DNA of 64,000 nucleotides from NCBI RefSeq assembly GCF_056746865.1, contig NZ_CM163382.1; one strand, 5' to 3'. Shown piece by piece: positions 54,866 to 64,000 of this stretch (position 1 is its first letter; each line of letters starts with the position of its first letter). The notes under the pieces were generated by a model. It saw only the letters and a program-made list of their open reading frames with translations, ran no database searches and was not told where the DNA came from. The position numbers and the translations under genes were made by a program.

Positions 54866-54875
54866 TTCTTGCCTC

Positions 54876-54905
54876 CAGGGCGCGGTAGCCGCTGCGCCCT
54901 GTCAA
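54876..54905 (+). terminator. Rho-independent terminator after prfC
   Basis: cagggcgcggtagccgctgcgccctg stem-loop. Confidence 0.6.
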
Positions 54906-55257
54906 TTTCCCTTCCTTATTAGCCGCTTACGGAATGTTCTTAAAACATTCACTTTTGCTTATGTTTTAGCTGATATCCCGAGCGGTTTCAAAATTGTGAT
55001 CTATATTTAACAAAGTAATGACATTTCTGACGGCGTTAAATACCGTTCAATGCGTAGATATCAGTATCTAAAGCCGTCGATTGTCATTCTACCGATATTA
55101 ATAACTGATTCAGAGGCTGTAATGGTCGTTATTCATCACCCATCGCTTTTGTGATGGCGACCATTGACTTCTGTAGAGGGTGAAGTCTCTCCCTATTCAG
55201 CAATGCAACCTCGTGTTGCCAGGCTCAAATTACGAGCAAACATACAGGAATAAATCG

Positions 55258-55863
55258 ATGACTATGACAAGACTGAAGATTTCGAAAACTCTGCTGGCTG
55301 TAATGTTGACCTCTGCCGTCGCGACCGGCTCTGCCTACGCGGAAAACAACGCGCAGACTACCAATGAAAGCGCAGGGCAAAAAGTCGATAGCTCTATGAA
55401 TAAAGTCGGTAATTTCATGGATGACAGCGCCATCACCGCGAAAGTGAAGGCGGCCCTGGTGGATCATGACAACATCAAGAGCACCGATATCTCTGTCAAA
55501 ACCGATCAAAAAGTCGTGACCCTGAGCGGTTTCGTTGAAAGCCAGGCCCAGGCCGAAGAGGCAGTGAAAGTGGCGAAAGGCGTTGAAGGGGTGACCTCTG
55601 TCAGCGACAAACTGCACGTTCGCGACGCTAAAGAAGGCTCTGTGAAGGGCTACGCGGGTGACACCGCCACCACCAGTGAAATCAAAGCCAAACTGCTGGC
55701 GGACGATATCGTCCCTTCCCGTCATGTGAAAGTTGAAACCACCGACGGCGTGGTTCAGCTCTCCGGTACCGTCGATTCCCAGGCACAGAGCGACCGTGCT
55801 GAAAGTATCGCCAAAGCGGTAGATGGTGTGAAAAGCGTTAAAAATGATCTGAAAACTAAGTAA
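55258..55863 (+). CDS. osmY: OsmY, osmotically inducible periplasmic protein (two BON domains)
   Basis: [28 protein letters not shown] signal peptide followed by two BON repeats. Confidence 0.9.
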
Positions 55864-55877
55864 TTCGTCGTAATTCG

Positions 55878-55902
55878 TCCTCCCGAACTTTGTCGGGAGG
55901 CG
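55878..55902 (+). terminator. Rho-independent terminator after osmY
   Basis: cctcccgaactttgtcgggagg stem-loop. Confidence 0.6.
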
Positions 55903-55989
55903 CGATGTGCACCACACTAAAAATATCGCATTGAGTGATTTTCACGCTCATATCAAGCGGTGACATTAACTATGGTAAAGGAGACGCTT

Positions 55990-56151
55990 ATGTTTCGTTG
56001 GGGCATCATATTTCTGGTTATCGCGTTAATCGCCGCCGCACTTGGGTTTGGTGGTCTGGCCGGTACCGCTGCAGGCGCAGCTAAAATTGTCTTTGTCGTC
56101 GGGATTATTCTGTTCCTGGTGAGTTTGTTCATGGGCCGAAAACGACCCTAG
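55990..56151 (+). CDS. ytjA: YtjA, small DUF1328 membrane protein
   Basis: 53 aa [53 protein letters not shown]. Confidence 0.75.
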
Positions 56152-56181
56152 ATTTCAGACCATTAAGAAAATTTTATCCAA

Positions 56182-56207
56182 AGCCAGTCCAGCGGACTGG
56201 CTTTTGC
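56182..56207 (+). terminator. Rho-independent terminator after ytjA
   Basis: agccagtccagcggactggcttttg stem-loop plus T-run. Confidence 0.55.
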
Positions 56208-56272
56208 GGTTTTAGCGAATAATAAATTGCGTTACTTTGTCATTCTTTCACAACAAAAACAGGAAGGCAGAG

Positions 56273-57342
56273 GTGGGGCAGCGAATACCTGTAACGCTTG
56301 GTAATATTGCGCCGTTGTCGCTAAGGCCGTTCCAGCCTGGACGAATAGCTCTGGTGTGCGAAGGCGGCGGACAGCGTGGAATTTTCACGGCTGGCGTGCT
56401 GGATGAGTTTATGCGCGCGCAGTTTAATCCTTTCGATCTTTATCTCGGCACATCTGCCGGGGCGCAGAACCTCTCGGCGTATATCTGCAATCAGCCCGGT
56501 TACGCGCGCAAAGTCATCATGCGCTATACCACAAAACGCGAATTTTTCGATCCATTGCGCTTTGTCCGTGGAGGAAATCTTATCGATCTCGACTGGCTGG
56601 TGGAGGCCACTGCAAGCCAGATGCCGTTGCAAATGGATACCGCCGCGCGGTTGTTTGACAGCGGCAAATCGTTTTATATGTGCGCCTGTCGTCAGGATGA
56701 CTATGCGCCGAATTACTTTTTACCAACCAAACAAAACTGGCTGGATGTGATTCGCGCCTCCAGTGCGATACCTGGCTTTTATCGTAGCGGAGTGTCGCTG
56801 GAAGGCATTAACTACCTGGATGGCGGGATCAGTGATGCGATTCCGGTTAAAGAGGCGGCAAGGCAGGGAGCAAAAACGTTGGTCGTCATCCGCACCGTGC
56901 CGTCGCAAATGTACTACACGCCGCAGTGGTTCAAACGCATGGAACGCTGGCTGGGTGACAGTAGCCTGCAGCCGCTGGTCAATCTGGTGCAGCATCATGA
57001 AACCAGCTATCGTGACATTCAGCAATTTATTGAGAAACCACCGGGCAAACTGCGGATATTCGAAATTTATCCGCCGAAGCCATTGCATAGTATCGCGCTT
57101 GGCAGTCGGATTCCGGCGCTGCGTGAAGACTATAAACTTGGGCGTTTATGCGGTCGTTATTTCCTGGCAACGGTTGGCAAGCTATTAACTGAAAAAGCGC
57201 CGCTAACCCGCCATCTGGTGCCAGTGGTGACGCCGGAATCGATTGTCATTCCGCCTGCGCCAGTCGCCAACGATACGCTGGTTGCCGAAGTGAGCGACGC
57301 TCCGCAGGCGAACGACCCGACATTTAACAATGAGGATCTGGC

Positions 57343-57346
<4 letters not shown>
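56273..57346 (+). CDS. yjjU: YjjU, patatin-like phospholipase family protein
   Basis: GGGxRG oxyanion motif (CEGGGQRG) and GxSxG serine motif (LGTSAG); start taken as GTG at 56273 (uncertain). Confidence 0.8.
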
Positions 57347-58640
<1,294 letters not shown>

Positions 58641-59504
58641 TCACAAATATAGCGCCGGAAATATTAACCGGCTCACCCCGCGCACCTTTAACGCATCAGC
58701 CAATGGCTCAACGTCTTCCGGCGTGGCACTCGGCCAGCTTTGCGCCTCGCCATACACGCCGTGGGCATGAAACGCGTTCAGGCGTACCGGAACATCGCCA
58801 AGTCCCTTGATAAACGCCGCCAGCTCATCGATGTGTTGCAAATAATCCACCTGGCCTGGGATTACCAGCAAACGCAGTTCCGCCAGCTTGCCGCGCTCGG
58901 CAAGCAAACAGATGCTGCGCTTAATCTGCTGATTATCGCGTCCGGTTAATTGCTGATGACATTCGCTCCCCCACGCTTTGAGATCGAGCATTGCGCCGTC
59001 GCACACCGGGAGTAATTTTTCCCAGCCGGTTTCGCTCAACATACCGTTACTGTCCACCAGACAGGTGAGATGGCACAGTTGCGGATCGTTTTTGATGGCA
59101 GTAAACAACGCCACCACAAACGGCAGCTGGGTCGTGGCTTCGCCGCCGCTTACCGTTATCCCTTCAATAAACAGCACCGCTTTGCGGATATGGCTAAGCA
59201 CCTCGTCCACGCTCATGGATTGCGCCATCGGCGTGGCATGTTGTGGACACATCTTCAGGCAGGTATCACATTGCTCGCAAACCACAGCGTTCCACACCAC
59301 TTTGCCGTTAACAATCTGCAACGCCTGATGCGGACACTGCGGCACGCACTCTCCGCAGTCATTGCAGCGTCCCATCGTCCACGGATTGTGACAGTTTTTG
59401 CAGCGCAGATTGCAGCCCTGCAAAAACAGAGCCAGACGACTGCCTGGCCCGTCAACGCAGGAGAAGGGGATAATCTTACTGACTAAAGCGCATCTGCTGT
59501 TCAT
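58641..59504 (-). CDS. yjjW: YjjW, glycyl-radical enzyme activating protein (radical SAM)
   Basis: 287 aa with radical-SAM CxxxCxxC (CNLRCKNC) and additional ferredoxin-like Cys clusters. Confidence 0.85.
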   Translation of the reverse strand: MNSRCALVSKIIPFSCVDGPGSRLALFLQGCNLRCKNCHNPWTMGRCNDCGECVPQCPHQALQIVNGKVVWNAVVCEQCDTCLKMCPQHATPMAQSMSVDEVLSHIRKAVLFIEGITVSGGEATTQLPFVVALFTAIKNDPQLCHLTCLVDSNGMLSETGWEKLLPVCDGAMLDLKAWGSECHQQLTGRDNQQIKRSICLLAERGKLAELRLLVIPGQVDYLQHIDELAAFIKGLGDVPVRLNAFHAHGVYGEAQSWPSATPEDVEPLADALKVRGVSRLIFPALYL

Positions 59505-61026
59505 GGCTTATCACGCGCGGCTGGCGTTCCAGAATACGAGTGTTGCGTGCGGCTTCTTCTCCCAGCCAGGTGGTGTTGGTGCGTGAACCTTCGGCGCGAT
59601 ATTTTTCTAAATCCGACAAACGCACCATATAACCGGTAACGCGAACCAGATCGTTACCGCTGACATTGGCGGTAAATTCACGCATTCCGGCTTTAAAGGC
59701 ACCGAGGCAAAGCTGTACCAGTGCCTGCGGGTTACGTTTGATGGTTTCGTCGAGCGTCAGAATGTCGCTGATGCCGGAATAATAATAAGCATGATGCGGG
59801 GCGACAGTTTGCAGATGAGTAATCGGATCTGGCTCATCACCATACGGCAAACGCGCGCCCGGCGTGGTGCCGATATCAGAACTGATCCCCGACTGTGCGT
59901 GTAACATGGCGCGTTTTTGCCAGCCATATTTCACGGGGGTATTGGCGACAAACTCCGCCAGTTGTGCGCTGATGCGATAACCCACTTCATTTGCGGCGGC
60001 TTCTTTACCGTAGCGCGCGGCAATCCCATCTTTCTCGCACAGCAAGTTAACTGCTTCCGCCAGCCCATACATGCCAAACATTGGCACAAAACGTTCAGGG
60101 TTAATCAGCCCTTCTTTCACCAGGAAGCTATTCTCAAAGAAGTGTGATTGTTGATAGAGGAATTCACACCGCGCATCGATGATGGCGATCTGCTGCTGGC
60201 AGTAGTGCGGTAGAGTGCGCGTAAAGAAGTCATCCAGCGATTCACTGCGCTCGGCAATGGCTTTCAGGTTAAGGCGTACCAGCGTGCTGCCACCACCCGC
60301 CAGCGGCAGTGAGTTGTAACAGCTCACAATCCCGTAGCCCCCTTTTGTGAAAATTTTATCATGCACCGGACCGTTGGCGATGTGCGGTTTGCTACATTCG
60401 CAGATGTTTTTCGCCACTTCCAGCAGCAGATCATCAGGGGTGATTTCAGGATCGTAGATAAAGGTCAGGTTCGGTGAAACCTGCTTCAGCTCTGCATCTG
60501 CACGTAAGATTGCACGGGTGATGGGCGAATCAGACGGGCCGATATTGGCGTGCATAAAGGCGTCTGGCAGGGTTCTGTCGAGGTAACGCCAGAAACGTTT
60601 TATTCGAATATCGATCTCGTCCTGTGTTAGAATTCTAACATACGGCTGCAACAACGCATCCAGTTGCCCCAGGTAGACCGGCATCGATGTGACCGATGGT
60701 ACGTGGTGGTAAAGAATGGTCAGCAGAGAGAGTGCATCATCAAGATCTTTCGCGCCTTCCAGCTCCAGCCATTCGGAACCGTTCGCCAGAAAACGGGCGT
60801 AATCGGGTAAGACATAGCGCGGTTTGTACGGCGCATGACCTTCAAACATATCGCAGATTACACCCTCATCCAGCGCGCGGCGGGCTTCGGCAGGAAGCTG
60901 CGGATAAGGCAGATTGTTTTCTGCTTCCAGCGCCAGAAAATGGCGCTTCTGCTCCGGGCTAAGTACCGGGCTGGTGACAATTTGCTGGCAACGTTGTTGC
61001 AGTGCAATTTCATGAGAAGTGGGCAT
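59476..61026 (-). CDS. yjjI: YjjI, glycyl-radical-enzyme-like protein of unknown substrate
   Basis: 516 aa with C-terminal glycyl-radical motif RVTGY; 29-nt overlap with downstream yjjW. Confidence 0.85.
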   Translation of the reverse strand: MPTSHEIALQQRCQQIVTSPVLSPEQKRHFLALEAENNLPYPQLPAEARRALDEGVICDMFEGHAPYKPRYVLPDYARFLANGSEWLELEGAKDLDDALSLLTILYHHVPSVTSMPVYLGQLDALLQPYVRILTQDEIDIRIKRFWRYLDRTLPDAFMHANIGPSDSPITRAILRADAELKQVSPNLTFIYDPEITPDDLLLEVAKNICECSKPHIANGPVHDKIFTKGGYGIVSCYNSLPLAGGGSTLVRLNLKAIAERSESLDDFFTRTLPHYCQQQIAIIDARCEFLYQQSHFFENSFLVKEGLINPERFVPMFGMYGLAEAVNLLCEKDGIAARYGKEAAANEVGYRISAQLAEFVANTPVKYGWQKRAMLHAQSGISSDIGTTPGARLPYGDEPDPITHLQTVAPHHAYYYSGISDILTLDETIKRNPQALVQLCLGAFKAGMREFTANVSGNDLVRVTGYMVRLSDLEKYRAEGSRTNTTWLGEEAARNTRILERQPRVISHEQQMRFSQ

Positions 61027-61283
61027 CTTCTTTTCCTTTTATGCCGAAGGTGATGCGCCATTGTAAGAAGTTTCGTGATGTTCACTTTGATCCTGATGCG
61101 TTTGCCACCACTGACGCATTCATTTGAAAGTGAATTATTTGAACCAGATCGCATTACAGTGATGCAAACTTGTAAGTAGATTTCCTTAATTGTGATGTAT
61201 ATCGAAGTGTGTTGCGGAGTAGATGTTAGAATACTAACAAACTCGCAAGGTGAATTTTATTGGCGACAAGCCAGGAGAATGAA

Positions 61284-62063
61284 ATGACTGATCTGAAAGC
61301 AAGCAGCCTGCGTGCACTGAAATTGATGGACCTGACCACCCTGAATGACGACGACACCGACGAGAAAGTGATCGCCCTGTGTCATCAGGCCAAAACTCCG
61401 GTCGGCAATACCGCCGCTATCTGTATCTATCCTCGCTTTATCCCGATTGCTCGCAAAACGCTGAAAGAGCAGGGTACCCCGGAAATCCGTATCGCTACGG
61501 TAACCAACTTCCCACACGGTAACGACGACATCGACATCGCGCTGGCAGAAACCCGTGCGGCAATCGCCTACGGTGCCGATGAAGTTGACGTGGTGTTCCC
61601 GTACCGCGCGCTGATGGCGGGTAACGAGCAGGTTGGTTTTGACCTGGTGAAAGCCTGTAAAGAGGCTTGCGCAGCGGCTAACGTACTGCTGAAAGTGATC
61701 ATCGAAACCGGCGAACTGAAAGACGAAGCGCTGATCCGCAAAGCGTCTGAAATCTCTATCAAAGCGGGTGCTGACTTCATCAAAACCTCTACCGGTAAAG
61801 TGGCAGTGAACGCGACGCCGGAAAGCGCGCGCATCATGATGGAAGTGATCCGCGACATGGGCGTAGAAAAAACCGTTGGTTTCAAACCGGCGGGCGGCGT
61901 GCGTACTGCGGAAGATGCGCAGAAATATCTCGCCATCGCAGATGAACTGTTCGGCGCTGACTGGGCTGATGCGCGTCACTACCGCTTTGGCGCTTCCAGC
62001 CTGCTGGCAAGCCTGCTGAAAGCGCTGGGCCACGGCGACGGTAAGAGCGCAAGCAGCTACTAA
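61284..62063 (+). CDS. deoC: DeoC, deoxyribose-phosphate aldolase
   Basis: 259 aa [54 protein letters not shown].. Confidence 0.92.
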   Translation: MTDLKASSLRALKLMDLTTLNDDDTDEKVIALCHQAKTPVGNTAAICIYPRFIPIARKTLKEQGTPEIRIATVTNFPHGNDDIDIALAETRAAIAYGADEVDVVFPYRALMAGNEQVGFDLVKACKEACAAANVLLKVIIETGELKDEALIRKASEISIKAGADFIKTSTGKVAVNATPESARIMMEVIRDMGVEKTVGFKPAGGVRTAEDAQKYLAIADELFGADWADARHYRFGASSLLASLLKALGHGDGKSASSY

Positions 62064-62084
62064 GCTGCCTTTTGCCAGAGGGTG

Positions 62085-62240
62085 GATGCCGGATGCCCCC
62101 AGTAGGCCTGATAAGACGCGTCAGCGTCGCATCAGGCAGTCAGCAGTGCTGCCTGATGCGGCGCGAACGCCTTATCCGGCCTACGGGCGAGTGCCGTGTA
62201 GGCATGATAAGAATCGGTCAGCATCAGGCAATAACAACAT
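62085..62240. repeat. REP/BIME elements between deoC and deoA
   Basis: gccggatgcccc..ggcctgataagacgcgtcagcgtcgcatcaggc..gccttatccggcctac. Confidence 0.75.
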
Positions 62241-62288
62241 CCGCCATCTGGCAACAACACCTTCAAACTTATTCCACGGGAGGTTACC

Positions 62289-63611
62289 TTGTTTCTCGCA
62301 CAAGAAATTATTCGTAAAAAACGTGATGGTCATGCGCTGAGCGATGAAGAAATTCGTTTCTTTATCAACGGCATTCGCGACAACACTATCTCCGAAGGGC
62401 AGATTGCCGCCCTCGCGATGACCATTTTCTTCCACGATATGACAATGCCTGAGCGTGTCTCGCTGACCATGGCGATGCGAGATTCAGGAACCGTTCTCGA
62501 CTGGAAAAGCCTGCATCTGAATGGCCCAATTGTTGATAAACACTCCACCGGTGGCGTCGGCGATGTGACTTCGCTGATGTTGGGGCCGATGGTCGCAGCC
62601 TGCGGCGGCTATATTCCGATGATCTCCGGTCGCGGCCTCGGTCATACTGGCGGTACGCTCGACAAACTGGAATCCATTCCTGGCTTCGACATTTTCCCGG
62701 ATGACAACCGTTTCCGCGAAATTATTAAAGACGTCGGCGTGGCGATTATCGGTCAGACCAGCTCACTGGCTCCGGCGGATAAACGTTTCTACGCGACCCG
62801 TGATATTACCGCAACCGTGGACTCCATCCCGCTGATCACTGCCTCGATTCTGGCGAAGAAACTGGCGGAAGGTCTGGACGCGCTGGTGATGGACGTGAAA
62901 GTGGGTAGCGGCGCGTTTATGCCGACCTACGAACTCTCTGAAGCCCTTGCCGAAGCGATTGTTGGCGTGGCTAACGGCGCTGGCGTGCGCACCACCGCGC
63001 TGCTCACCGACATGAATCAGGTACTGGCCTCCAGTGCAGGTAACGCGGTTGAGGTTCGTGAAGCAGTGCAGTTCCTGACGGGAGAATATCGTAACCCGCG
63101 TCTGTTTGATGTCACGATGGCGCTGTGCGTGGAGATGCTGATCTCCGGCAAACTGGCGAAAGATGACGCCGAAGCACGCGCGAAATTGCAGGCGGTGCTG
63201 GACAACGGTAAAGCGGCAGAAGTCTTTGGTCGTATGGTAGCGGCACAAAAAGGCCCAACCGACTTCGTTGAGAACTACGCGAAGTATCTGCCGACAGCGA
63301 TGCTGACGAAAGCAGTCTATGCTGATACCGAAGGTTTTGTCAGTGAAATGGATACCCGCGCGCTGGGGATGGCAGTGGTTGCAATGGGCGGCGGACGCCG
63401 TCAGGCATCTGACACCATCGATTACAGCGTCGGCTTTACTGATATGGCGCGTCTGGGCGACCAGGTAGACGGTCAGCGTCCGCTGGCGGTTATCCACGCG
63501 AAAGACGAAAACAGCTGGCAGGAAGCGGCGAAAGCGGTGAAAGCGGCAATTAAACTTGCCGATAAAGCACCGGAAAGCACACCAACTGTCTATCGCCGTA
63601 TCAGCGAATAA
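62289..63611 (+). CDS. deoA: DeoA, thymidine phosphorylase
   Basis: 440 aa [31 protein letters not shown]..; apparent TTG start. Confidence 0.92.
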
Positions 63612-63641
63612 CGGTATACTGATCTGATCATTTAAATTTGA

Positions 63642-64000
<359 letters not shown>

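Overview
This window reads as an Escherichia coli-type chromosomal segment covering the immigration-control defense island and its right-hand neighbours. All gene identities come from my recognition of the translated ORFs and sequence motifs; no searches were run. Left to right: (1) a two-gene operon made of a large protein that runs off the left window edge plus a 2114-aa DEAH-box helicase with C-terminal cysteine clusters, which I interpret as a candidate anti-phage system (Druantia type III-like by architecture, from memory); (2) mcrC-mcrB, symE/symR, hsdS-hsdM-hsdR (EcoKI-family type I R-M), mrr, yjiA, yjiX, btsT; (3) an ~11-kb 4-hydroxyphenylacetate (hpa) catabolic island that K-12 lacks at this site; (4) tsr, lgoT (interrupted by one in-frame amber codon), lgoR, lgoD, opgB, yjjA, dnaC-dnaT, yjjB-yjjP, yjjQ-bglJ, fhuF, yjjZ, three tandem tRNA-Leu(CAG) genes, rsmC, holD, rimI, yjjG, prfC, osmY, ytjA, yjjU, yjjV, yjjW-yjjI, deoC, deoA and the start of deoB. 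REP/BIME arrays, two inverted ERIC-like elements and several regulatory sites are also visible. The most interesting region is 1..9284.
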